From an uncultured Phycisphaerales bacterium (GTDB lineage Bacteria; Planctomycetota; Phycisphaerae; Tepidisphaerales; Tepidisphaeraceae), in the NCBI GenBank assembly GCA_963792535.1, contig CAWBWQ010000001.1, positions 32,001 through 96,000 of the forward strand: 64,000 bases of DNA. The letters are read 5' to 3'. The position numbers and the translations under genes were made by a program. The stretch's first letter is position 1. Every line of letters starts with the position of its first letter. Shown piece by piece: positions 54,466-64,000 of this stretch. The notes beneath the pieces were generated by a model. It was not told the origin of the DNA. It was given only the letters and a program-made list of their open reading frames with translations, and did not search any database.

Positions 54466-55563
54466 ATGCCCGATGCAGGTACCACTATCACACGCGATCT
54501 GATCCTCATTGGCGGATCTGCCGGATCGATCACCGCGTTGCGTGAAATCGTCGCGCATCTGCCAGCCGCGCTTCCCGCTGCCGTGCTGGTGGTTGTGCAT
54601 CAAGCGCAGACCTCGCCGGGAATGCTCCCACATATATTGGATAACGTCGGGCCACTGCCAGTCAGGCACGCCGTGGATGGTGAGATCATCGAAAAGGGTC
54701 GCGTGTATGTTGCACCCCCAGACCGCCATCTGCTAATCGAGCCGGGACAATACGACGATCCTCGTCTGTGGATTCGCCTGGCGCTGGGGCCAAAGGAAAA
54801 TCACTGTCGCCCCGCGATCGATCCCATGTTCCGCACCGCTGCCCAGGCGGGAGGCCGGCGCGTGATCGGTGTCGTTCTTTCCGGTCTGCTGAATGACGGC
54901 TCACTGGGTCTGATCCGCATCAAGCAGCATGGCGGGATTGCCATCGTGCAGGACCCACAAGATGCCGAGAGCCACGACATGCCTGCCAGCGCAATTCGCC
55001 ATGCGCAGATCGACTACGTTTGCAAAGCCACTGAAATAGCGGACGTACTTACCCGGTTGGTGCGGGAGCCCATACCGGTAGCGGCCGCCAATGACTTGTA
55101 CGGAGGTTCCCTCATGTCTAACCCAAACGAAGAAGACACCACGCAAGGCGCGGGCGACGTCGTTGATGTTACCGAGCGCGGCGACCATGGACTTACCCGC
55201 GGCACCATGCCCGGCGTGGCGTCTGGCCTTACCTGCCCCGCGTGCGGCGGATCGGTGTGGGAAATGCAGGACAGCTTGCTCCACTATCGCTGCCACGTCG
55301 GGCATCGCTATACCGCTGACACCATGGCTTCAGAGCAGGAGTCTGTGCTCGAGTCCACTCTGTGGGCGGCGATGCGTATGTTTGAAGAAAACGCATCCCT
55401 GCATCTCCGGATGGCGGCAAAAGCCGAAGCTGCGAATCTCCCCGACATGGCCGCTCGCTTTAATGAGCGAGCCAGAGAATGCGAGCGATCGACCGATGTA
55501 ATCCGCCAACTGCTATTGGGTGAAGGCCCGGACGGCGGGCCGCATCGGCTTATTAAAAGCTGA
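54466..55563 (+). CDS. CheB-type methylesterase with C-terminal CxxC...CxxxH domain and coiled coil (no receiver domain)
   Basis: Ser-His-Asp triad motifs GGSAG, VVH and SGLLNDG, plus LTCPACGG...YRCHVGH. Confidence 0.9.
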   Translation: MPDAGTTITRDLILIGGSAGSITALREIVAHLPAALPAAVLVVVHQAQTSPGMLPHILDNVGPLPVRHAVDGEIIEKGRVYVAPPDRHLLIEPGQYDDPRLWIRLALGPKENHCRPAIDPMFRTAAQAGGRRVIGVVLSGLLNDGSLGLIRIKQHGGIAIVQDPQDAESHDMPASAIRHAQIDYVCKATEIADVLTRLVREPIPVAAANDLYGGSLMSNPNEEDTTQGAGDVVDVTERGDHGLTRGTMPGVASGLTCPACGGSVWEMQDSLLHYRCHVGHRYTADTMASEQESVLESTLWAAMRMFEENASLHLRMAAKAEAANLPDMAARFNERARECERSTDVIRQLLLGEGPDGGPHRLIKS

Positions 55564-55602
55564 CAATTCGGGAATCATTCTCAGCGGAACGTCGAGCTTA
55601 AA

Positions 55603-56364
55603 TCATCCGATCTGGTAGTCCCGCACCAGGACCCGGACAGCGGCAGCGATTCGATCCGCAGGCAGAATCATATCTACCTTTCCGATGTCCACTGCTGAGA
55701 CAGGCATGTCAGGATAGCGCGATGAGGCTGCACTCTGCGCGATCACCACACCACCGGTTTCCCGGATGGCGCGGGTGCCGATCGTTCCATCAGAGCCGCA
55801 TCCACTGTAAATAACTCCAATCACCCGCTCGCAAAAGACTGCCGCGAGGGACTGAAGCAACAGGTCACCGGCAGGTTTGGCAAACGCGACGTGCGGGCCA
55901 TCGTCCAGGCAGACGCGCCCCCGGCTGTCGACCGTTATATGTCGTAAAGTCGGCGCAATGAAGACGATACCGCTGCGCAGGTGTTGGCCATGCTGCGCCA
56001 CAGTCACGGGCATGCGGACGCGAGAACAAAGGTATTCATCCAGATGACTGTGAGCCGTGCGGTGCAGCAGGACAATCACCGCAGCAGGAAACTCCGGCGG
56101 GAAAGCAGCAAGCGTCTCACACAATGGCAGCAATCCACCCGCTGATGCCAGTAAAGCGACAACGGGAAAGTTCAGCACCGGCGGCTGTAGAGGTAAGGGT
56201 GCCCGATCAAAACAAATGTCGAAAATGCTATCGCGAAACACCTGGGATTCGATGTGCAGACGGCGGGATTCGGCGCACAGCGCCTGCAAGCGCGCAATCA
56301 GATTGGTCACTGATAGCGACAGACCCTCAGGTTTTTCGACCATTGTGGCGTTGAGCATACACAT
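55603..56364 (-). CDS. Stand-alone CheB-type methylesterase
   Basis: ASAGG, LLHR, SGCGSDG and YPDMP motifs. Start is uncertain. Confidence 0.87.
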   Translation of the reverse strand: MCMLNATMVEKPEGLSLSVTNLIARLQALCAESRRLHIESQVFRDSIFDICFDRAPLPLQPPVLNFPVVALLASAGGLLPLCETLAAFPPEFPAAVIVLLHRTAHSHLDEYLCSRVRMPVTVAQHGQHLRSGIVFIAPTLRHITVDSRGRVCLDDGPHVAFAKPAGDLLLQSLAAVFCERVIGVIYSGCGSDGTIGTRAIRETGGVVIAQSAASSRYPDMPVSAVDIGKVDMILPADRIAAAVRVLVRDYQIG

Positions 56365-56587
56365 CCAGTATCTCCGCTACCAGAAATTATAAATGGCTAA
56401 TCGGGTCGCCAGTCCGCGTTGCGGGGTTACGACGCACTCGCACCGGAGCAAAGACTTTGGCAAGAATGTTCTTACCGAAACCCCTTCGCTCTCGTATTAT
56501 CAATACGATACATCACCCCAGGTGACGCCAGGTGAATGCAAAGACATGCACCTGAACGTTCGTCTGCTGTGATTTTGGAGTCTTGCT

Positions 56588-59500
56588 ATGGAAGTGCCTG
56601 AAAATGCAAAGCCGGACGAGGACACAACGCCGGAGGATCTGGGACCGCAGAGCACGGAAGATTTAGATCGGCAGGCTCAGCCCGTGGATGTTGAAGCGCC
56701 GCCGCGGCTGCCATTTCCGGTGGTGGGAATCGGCGCATCGGCTGGAGGATTGGAAGCGGTCAGTGAGTTTCTCAGTGCAATGCCGTCCGACAGCGGGATG
56801 GCATTCGTGCTGGTGCAGCACCTGCCACCCGATCATCACAGCGTGATGGCAGAAATTCTCGCCAAGCGGACCACCATGCCCGTCAAGGAAGTTTCTGATG
56901 GCATGGCGATCGAAATCGATCATGTTTACGTGATTCGCCCGGGGCATGTGCTGACCATCGCCAATGGGCATCTGCATCTGGGTCCACCGCTGGATGGGCC
57001 GCGGGCCGCGAATCGGCCGGTGGATGACTTCTTTAAGAGCCTGGCACAGGAGCAGCGGGAACGGGCCATCGCAATCATCATGAGCGGGATGGGGTCCAAC
57101 GGGACACAGGGAGCCCAGGCTGTGAAGGCGGTCGGTGGTTTGTGCATCGCGCAGGATCCTGAGAGTGCGCAGTTCTCATCGATGCCGCGGCACATGATCG
57201 ACAGCGGAAACACAGACAGCATCCTGCGGCCAACCGAAGTGCCCGAGGTGCTGCTGGCTTATGCGTCGCATCCGTATGTGCGGGGCGCGCGAACTGAGCG
57301 CTGCCGCGGCGCTGCGACGCGACAACGGCAGCATGCGGGAAATCCTTACCGTCCTGCGCACCCGCACCCGCCAGGAGTTTACCGGCTATAAGAAACCCAC
57401 CGTCCTGCGGCGCGTGCAGCGGCGGATGGGACTGGCGCGCCTGACCGACATGAGCGATTACGTGAAGTATCTTCGGCAGAGCCCCGCTGAAGTGACATCG
57501 CTCGCGGACGATCTGCTGATTCATGTGACTGGATTTTTTCGCGACCCTGAGGCGTGGGAAGTATTGCGCCAGCGTGTAATCGTCCCGCTCATCGAGGCTC
57601 GCGACACTGACGGGCAAGTGCGCGGCTGGGTCACCGCCTGCTCGACAGGTGATGAGGCCTACACTTTGGCGATGTTGCTGGTGGAAGAAAGTGAACGGGT
57701 GAACAAACGGCTGGACATTAAGGTATTCGCAACCGACATGGCCGAGCGCACGCTGGCTCAGGCCCGCGCGGGTGTTTATGGCGGTGGAATTGAAGCCGAG
57801 ATCAGCTCCGAACGGCTGGCGCGTTTTTTTGGGAAGGAAGACTCCCTTTATCGCGTGCGACCCGAACTGCGCGAGCGGGTGGTCTTTGCCCCGCAGAACG
57901 TGCTGCAGGACCCGCCTTTCAGTCGGCTCGATATTGCAACCTGTCGGAACCTGCTGATCTATCTGGAGCCCGATGTTCAAGAGCGCGTGCTCGCGCTGCT
58001 GCACTATGGGCTGCGCGAGGGCGGGGCTCTTTTCCTGGGGACCAGTGAGACGATTTCGGGGACCGAGGGAATGTTCGAGCCAATCGACAAGAAGGCCAAG
58101 ATCTTCCGCCGGGTGGGACCGACGCGGCATGGATCTGCAGAATTTCCGCTGCCTCGCGTGATTCGACCGACCTCGACAGGGTCACTGGCGCCGGGGCGAT
58201 CGGTGCCGCTGCGGCCCACGTTTGCACAAATCACCCAGCGGGCACTGCTCGATCACCACATGCCCGCAGCGGTGCTGGTCGATCGCGACTATCGCATTCA
58301 ATATTACCAGGGGGACACTCGTCCCTTTTTCAGTCCTCCGCGCGGTGAGCCAAGCCGCGAGTTGCTGGAGTTAACAGTGGAAGGTGTGCGCGGCGCTGCC
58401 CGCGTGGCGCTGCGCCGAGCGGCAGCGGAAAACCGACCGGTCACGGTGCTGGATGGTTGGATTGCAACGACGCCGGGCAATCGAGGCAGGGTTGCAGTTA
58501 CGGCGTCCCCCGCGGCCGAATCGGGCGCGCCGGATCATTTTGTCGTCAGCTTCGCATTGAAGGACGAGGGCCCGACCGGCGAAGCCACTGATGCAAATCA
58601 GAACCAGGCCGGCGACGAAGAAGTCGATCATAGCGAATTGCGCCGCGCCCGTGACGAGTTGCAGAGCACCATTGAGGAATTGCAAACTTCAAACGAGGAG
58701 ATGAAAGCAGCCGCGGAGGAAGCCAGCAGCATCAACGAAGAGTTGCAGAGCAGCAACGAAGAGCTGGAGACCAGCAAGGAGGAAATGCAGTCGTTAAATG
58801 AGGAGTTGAACACAGTCAACGCCCAGCTGCTGGCCAAGGCTGAGGAGCATCAGTCAACCAGCAACGACCTGGCAAGCCTGCTGGCCAGTACGGACATCGC
58901 GGTGCTGTTTCTCGACACGACGATGCGCATCAGGCGGTTCACACCTCCTTTGCGCGAGCTGATCGACGTCATGCTATCGGATGCAGGCCGACCGCTAACC
59001 GATCTGGCTCGCAAGTTTGAAGATCCAAATCTGGCGGCCGACGCTGAATCGGTGCTGGCTAAACTGGTGCCGGTCGAACGGGAAGTGGCAGCTCACGATG
59101 GGCGGTGGTTTCTGCGGCGTGTTACGCCTTACCGCACAACCGACAACCGCATCGACGGCATTGTCATCACGTTTGTCGATATTACCCGCCGCAAGCATGC
59201 CGAGTTGGAGATGGACCGGGCGCGGGACTACGCCGAAAGTATCGTCAAGACGCTGCACGAACCGCTGCTGGTGCTGAACGCTGATTTGACGGTCTCGACC
59301 GCCAACGAGGCGTTCTATGAGCACTTTAAGGTGAACCCCGATCAGACCATCGGACACAAGATCTACAAGCTGGGAAACGGTCAATGGGACATCCCCGCAC
59401 TGCGTACCGTACTGGAGGAACTGCCGCCGGACGAACTAATGTTCAACGACTACGAGGTGATTCACGAATTTAATGATCTGGGCCGTCGGGTGATGCTGCT

Positions 59501-61127
59501 CAACGGGCGAAAGCTCGAGCACCAGAAGCTGATCCTGCTGGGGATTCGAGACGTGACGGAGCAGCACGCGGCGGTGGCTGCGCTTCGAGAAGGTGAGGAG
59601 CGGTTCCGGCTGGTCGTCGAGGGCGCGCACGACTTTGCAATGCTGTTATTGGATACCAAGGGTCGCATCACTTCCTGGAACATTGGAGCCGAGCGATTGC
59701 TCGGATTCACTGAAGCCGAGGCGGTTGGTCAGCCAGGGGCGTTTATGTTTACCGATGAAGACCGCGCCGCCCGTGCTCCAGAGTTCGAGCTTACTGAGGC
59801 CGCAGCCAAAGGCCGCGCCTGCGACGAGCGGTGGCATATTCGCAAGGGCGGTCTTCGGTTCTGGGCCAGCGGCGTGATGAACGCCGTGCGGGATCCCGAC
59901 GGTTCGCTTCGTGGATTTGTGAAAGTTCTGCGCGACGAAACTGCCCGGAAAGTCGCTGAAGACGCCATGCAGGCGGCCAAACAAACCGCGGAGTTGACGA
60001 ACCAGGTGAAAGACGAGTTCCTTGCAACCCTGAGCCATGAGCTGCGTACACCGCTGTCGGCTATCCTTCTCTGGTCGAAAATGCTCAGCAGTGAATCGGA
60101 GCCCGAACTATTGGATGAAGGATTGGCCGCAATCAGAAACAGCGCGGACTCTCAAACTCAGCTGATTGAGGATTTGCTCGACACCTCGCGCATTACCACT
60201 GGGAATCTGCGCCTGGAAATGAAACCGACGGATTTGACTTCAGTGATCGAAAGCGCGGTGGAATCGGTGCAGCCCACGGCACAAGCCAAAGGAGTGGACA
60301 TTATGTCCACGGTTGCTTCACGGATTGGAACAGTCAATGTCGATCCCCATCGCATGAAGCAGGTGCTTTGGAACCTGCTGAGCAATGCCGTCAAATTCAC
60401 CCCTGCTGGCGGAAAGGTTGACCTGAACCTGCACCGTGTGGACGGACGTATTGAACTGCGCGTCACCGATACCGGTAGAGGAATCGCTGCTGAATTTTTG
60501 CCGTATGTCTTTGAATCATTCCGGCAGGCGGATTCCACGACAACGCGCAGGCACGGCGGGCTGGGACTGGGACTGGCCATCTGCAAAAAGCTTGTGGAAC
60601 AACATGGTGGGACGATCACTGCCCAAAGTGACGGACAAGATAGAGGTTCGACGTTCATCGTGACTCTGCCGATGCCACCGCGCGGGGGTAAAGTCGCGTC
60701 GGTCAAAGTTCGAACAACCCCAGTTACCGCGCAGCAGGCCAGTCTGACCGGTCTGCATGTCCTGTTGGTTGAAGATGATGCTGACACCCGCTACGCCCTG
60801 GCGACAGCGCTTCGCCACGCCGGGGCGGCTGTGACCGCGGTCGAATCCGCCGCGGCAGCAATTGCCGTTTATCAGGAGTCGACATTCGACTTGATAACCA
60901 GTGACATCAGCATGCCCGGCGAAGACGGCTATAGTCTCATCAGTCGGCTGCGTGCAATGGAAGTAGAAAGAGGAATGAAGCGAACCCCCGCCCTGGCGCT
61001 CACAGCATTCGTCAGGGACGCTGATCAGCGTAAAGCGCTGGACCAGGGGTTTGACCGCCACATTGGAAAACCTGTGGACCCGGCAGATCTGGTAGCGGCA
61101 CTCATGGCTATCGCGACGACCGGCTGA
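56588..61127 (+). CDS. CheB-CheR-PAS-coiled coil-PAS-HisKA-HATPase-REC fusion kinase; apparent frameshift near 57290
   Basis: CheB (GASAGG, VQHL), CheR (YK..T..RR..RRM, VTGFFRD, ACSTGDEAY, CRNLLIY), EELQSSNEEL heptads, PAS domains, LSHELRTPL, GGLGLGL and REC (EDD, SDISMP). Confidence 0.92.
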
Positions 61128-61153
61128 GCAGCAATTTTTTCCATCGGCGATTC

Positions 61154-61564
61154 TCAAACCAGTTCTGCCGGTCCAGCATCAAGGTTGTTCCCGCTTGAAT
61201 CTGGCGGCATGAAGGATGGAACGCGAGACGACATCAACACAATAACTATCTCGGCCAGTCCAGCAGCCGTGTGGGGCCAGATAATGCGACCCGAAAAGTG
61301 AAAAAGCCATGGTGAAGTAGCGAGCACCACCCCGGCAAGCAAGTCAATCCAAAGGTGAATGCTCATAGGCAACACACGGACTATGGCAAGCTCGTAATTG
61401 GTGATCAGACTATAGACAATCGTACTGATGCCGAACACGACCGGAACCATCAACGCAGCATGGTTGTCGGAAAAGCCGAACAGCCACGGTGCGGCGATGA
61501 GCAGCAGTCCTACCACATAATCAAGAATGCCATGCACACGAGTGGGAATCAGTGAACTGATCAT
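61154..61564 (-). CDS. SPW-repeat membrane protein
   Basis: HGILDY, AAPWLFGF, TNYE and TSPWLF motifs, with a GGAG RBS. Confidence 0.85.
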   Translation of the reverse strand: MISSLIPTRVHGILDYVVGLLLIAAPWLFGFSDNHAALMVPVVFGISTIVYSLITNYELAIVRVLPMSIHLWIDLLAGVVLATSPWLFHFSGRIIWPHTAAGLAEIVIVLMSSRVPSFMPPDSSGNNLDAGPAELV

Positions 61565-61649
61565 TGGAACTCCTTATAAAACGCGTAGTAAAAAATGTAA
61601 CTACAGAACTTGGCTAAGTAGATAAGAATTGAACGTGGGTCAGCTCAAG

Positions 61650-61808
61650 TTACTTATCCTTTGGTGTGGGACTAGCCGGGCCAGCCTTGCCAGCGGTCGA
61701 GCTACCCGCACCTTGCTTGCCCTTACCGGCTACGCCTTGCTTATCACGGGTACCTGATTCGGGTGCTGATGTAACATCTTTGGATTTCTCGTTTATAGAC
61801 TGAGGCAT
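61650..61808 (-). CDS. Small (52 aa) hydrophilic Gly/Lys/Ser-rich protein
   Basis: Manual translation: MPQSINEKSKDVTSAPESGTRDKQGVAGKGKQGAGSSTAGKAGPASPTPKDK*. AAAGGA RBS upstream. Not in the ORF track. Confidence 0.6.
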   Translation of the reverse strand: MPQSINEKSKDVTSAPESGTRDKQGVAGKGKQGAGSSTAGKAGPASPTPKDK

Positions 61809-61854
61809 ATAAATCCTTTGTTTAACGTTATAGTTTCGTTGTCACGAAATCAGA

Positions 61855-62163
61855 TCAGGTTCGCTTTCGAGCCGTACGTTTACTGGTTCCCACGTTTAGA
61901 TGGTTGGCCTTGGCGGAGCTGTTTTCACCGCCGCCTCCGCCTCCACCGCGGGTGCCGACACCTCCTTTGCGGTTGGCATGATTGTCGCGTCCAAACGCAC
62001 CTCCGGTTGCTCCTTCGGCAGGCTGTGCCGCTGGTTCAGCGGCGGTATCTTTGATCTGCTCTTTCGCCTCCTCATGTTGTCCGGTGCGTCCTCGCCGCCC
62101 GGCGGCCCGCTCTTTCTGCTCATCTAATGACGCATTACGGCCTGAGTCTGCACTTTGTCCCAT
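61855..62163 (-). CDS. Small hydrophilic, Gly-rich, probably disordered protein
   Basis: MGQSADSGRNASLDEQKERAAG...GGGGGGG..., with an AGGAG RBS before the ATG at 62163. Confidence 0.68.
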   Translation of the reverse strand: MGQSADSGRNASLDEQKERAAGRRGRTGQHEEAKEQIKDTAAEPAAQPAEGATGGAFGRDNHANRKGGVGTRGGGGGGGENSSAKANHLNVGTSKRTARKRT

Positions 62164-62188
62164 GATCGAACTCCTGAAAACCAGTTTG

Positions 62189-62587
62189 TTAAATACGCGT
62201 CGGCGCACTTCGCGCCGGTGCATCACTTGCAGGAAACGACTCCATCGCTTGTTCATCTACCAAGTCAGATGGCAACTGCGTGGCAACCGCGGCAAGATGG
62301 CTGCGATAAGTAGGGCCGTGCCCGGCCTGGTGATTAACGGTGTGGTTACCTCGTAACCAGGATCGCCATGCCCACATTCGAGCCGGACTCAACAGACCGC
62401 GAAGTGCGACAGCTATCCCCACAAGAGAAAGCAGCGCTCGCGCAAAGCGACGCCGATGCGTGCCCAGCATGATCAGCAGCAAGCCCCAGCCCGTGTATGC
62501 AGAAAACGTGATGCGGGGATAGGGTTCCTGCAGGATTGGGATATAGGCATCGCCAAACTTCATTACGACATACCGCGGGCTATTCAT
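62189..62587 (-). CDS. Small membrane protein with C-terminal VDE..ESFPASD.P motif
   Basis: Two short hydrophobic helices, then DLVDEQAMESFPASDAPA. GGAGG RBS upstream. Confidence 0.7.
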   Translation of the reverse strand: MNSPRYVVMKFGDAYIPILQEPYPRITFSAYTGWGLLLIMLGTHRRRFARALLSLVGIAVALRGLLSPARMWAWRSWLRGNHTVNHQAGHGPTYRSHLAAVATQLPSDLVDEQAMESFPASDAPARSAPTRI

Positions 62588-62841
62588 ATCCAGCCTCCGC
62601 TGCGCCAAACACCAGCCCAGTTGTTGGACTCGCGGCGGGGGGGTTGCAACGCGTATGCCTTTTTGGGCATAGGCGGAGAAACCTGATCGTGCAGCGCAAT
62701 CGCTTCAACAACGACAGTTGGACGTGATTGCCAGTAACAGCGTGCTAGGTCACGAGGCTTCCGCAAAACCTGATTGTCGCAACTTTTGAAACGGCGTAAT
62801 GACAGGTGAGGCTTCCACCTTGGGAAGCTGCGCGAACATCT

Positions 62842-63477
62842 ATGATAAATACAAATGTTTTGATAGCCGACGGCAGGAAGTTACTCAGGGAAGGCGTCGC
62901 GGCGTTATTAAAGCATACGGAGGTGCGAATAGTTGGAGAGGCTGGCAGTGTCGAATCAGCTGCCAGGCTCATTCTACCGCTTGCGGTGGATGTGGTACTG
63001 CTCAACATGAATCAGCTCTCAAACCCCGGCGCAGATGCCGTTCGCACCCTTCGCGATGCCTCCCCGAAAGTGAATGTGATTGTGCTGGCAATGCATGCTA
63101 CAGCACGGGGGCTAAAGGAAGTACTCAACGCCGGCGCTGCCGGTTGTCTTACAAAAGAGTGCAGCACCACGGACCTCCTCTCTGCCATCCGCAGCACGAT
63201 GGAAGGCAAGCGATACATCTGCCCTGAAATCACCAGCCTGATGATTGAAGGCTACGCTACTCCGAGCCGCACACTGGCTCCTCGTGAGCAGGAAATTTTG
63301 TGCCGGGTTGCTTCAGGGCAGAGCATCAAAGAAATTGCTTATGATTTGAAGATCGGTCCCAAGACAGTAGAGACGCATCGCCGACGATTAATGACCAAGC
63401 TGAACTGTTACTCCGTCGCCGAGTTGACGCACTACGCCGTCGGTGAAGGATTCATCGCGTTGAAAAGCAGCGGGTGA
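62842..63477 (+). CDS. NarL/LuxR family response regulator with degenerate receiver domain
   Basis: REC fold plus HTH (LAPREQEIL...KEIAYDLKIGPKTVETHRRRLMTKL). The acidic pocket reads IADGR and the phosphoacceptor position reads VLLN. Confidence 0.9.
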   Translation: MINTNVLIADGRKLLREGVAALLKHTEVRIVGEAGSVESAARLILPLAVDVVLLNMNQLSNPGADAVRTLRDASPKVNVIVLAMHATARGLKEVLNAGAAGCLTKECSTTDLLSAIRSTMEGKRYICPEITSLMIEGYATPSRTLAPREQEILCRVASGQSIKEIAYDLKIGPKTVETHRRRLMTKLNCYSVAELTHYAVGEGFIALKSSG

Positions 63478-64000
63478 GTCAACACCAGGACGCCTGTGAC
63501 GCAAGCCGGGCAGGGGGTCACATTTACGGCCCTATCGGCGATTTGACCCGGTTCGAGCGACAGGCTCGAATCACCACATCACGATGACAGGTAACGATCA
63601 CCTATTCCCACTGGCTTTATTTGCAACGACGGGGTTGCATTCCGCGCAGTTTGACAGCAGACCAGGGATGCAGGGCGCAGCAACGTTATTCATCACATTA
63701 TAGGTGAATCCCAACAGCGATTTTCCGAACGCGAGCCGACGGCAGTAAGCAACTGACCGATCAAGGGTTACAGGTAAAAAAACGTCAGCAATCCTAGTTT
63801 GTCCTGGGACATGAGAATTAGAAATTCAATTTTGGTAAACTGGGTTTTTGCATGAATTGATCAGGAGGTGGCATCATTTATTTCGCTAGAAAATGGACAG
63901 AAAAAGTCCCGGTACTTTCCCGGCGTTAACGCGCGCAAGGTCGAGCCATGAATGACGAAGCACGAGGAGTTCGCACAGGTTTTCGCATCTTTAAGCGAGT

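Noticed and set aside
54466..61127. Chemotaxis operon
   Set aside because: No MCP, CheA, CheW or CheY, and the CheB proteins lack receiver domains.
63480..64000. tRNA, riboswitch or gene in the terminal non-coding region
   Set aside because: Only a short hairpin (TTCGAGC-N5-GCTCGAA near 63552) and a possible ATG near 63948 are visible, which is not enough to call anything.

Overview
A gene-dense bacterial window that is very probably from a planctomycete (Phycisphaerae/Tepidisphaerales-like). This is inferred from a DUF1559 prepilin-type H-X9-DG protein, a LEPR-XLL-type secreted protein and a MoxR/vWA/prenyltransferase-repeat operon. In order it contains: (1) the end of a glycan cluster (DegT aminotransferase, GT2, wecB, polytopic membrane protein); (2) an EEP hydrolase, a tiny His/Asp-rich lipoprotein, a metallophosphoesterase, a CPA1 antiporter, a DUF1559 protein and clpC; (3) a 13-kb CgeB/TIGR04290-type glycan-modification operon with two clan GH-A domains and a KimA-like transporter; (4) a porin-cupredoxin-hybrid kinase-HD-GYP signalling operon; (5) a MoxR-DUF58-BatA/vWA-coiled coil-prenyltransferase-repeat operon carrying heptamer hairpin elements and a direct-repeat-flanked cassette; (6) an RNase HII-family gene, a zinc-ribbon/CPBP trio, DedA and a secreted beta-propeller protein; (7) a chemoreceptor-less CheB/CheB/CheB-CheR-kinase cluster with small stress-type proteins and an atypical LuxR regulator. 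About 14 frameshifts interrupt otherwise intact genes. Thirteen fall at GCGC, which points to a motif-specific (possibly methylation-induced) sequencing error rather than pseudogenes. No rRNA, tRNA, CRISPR array, integrase or transposase was recognised. All family calls come from motif recognition by eye, not database searches.
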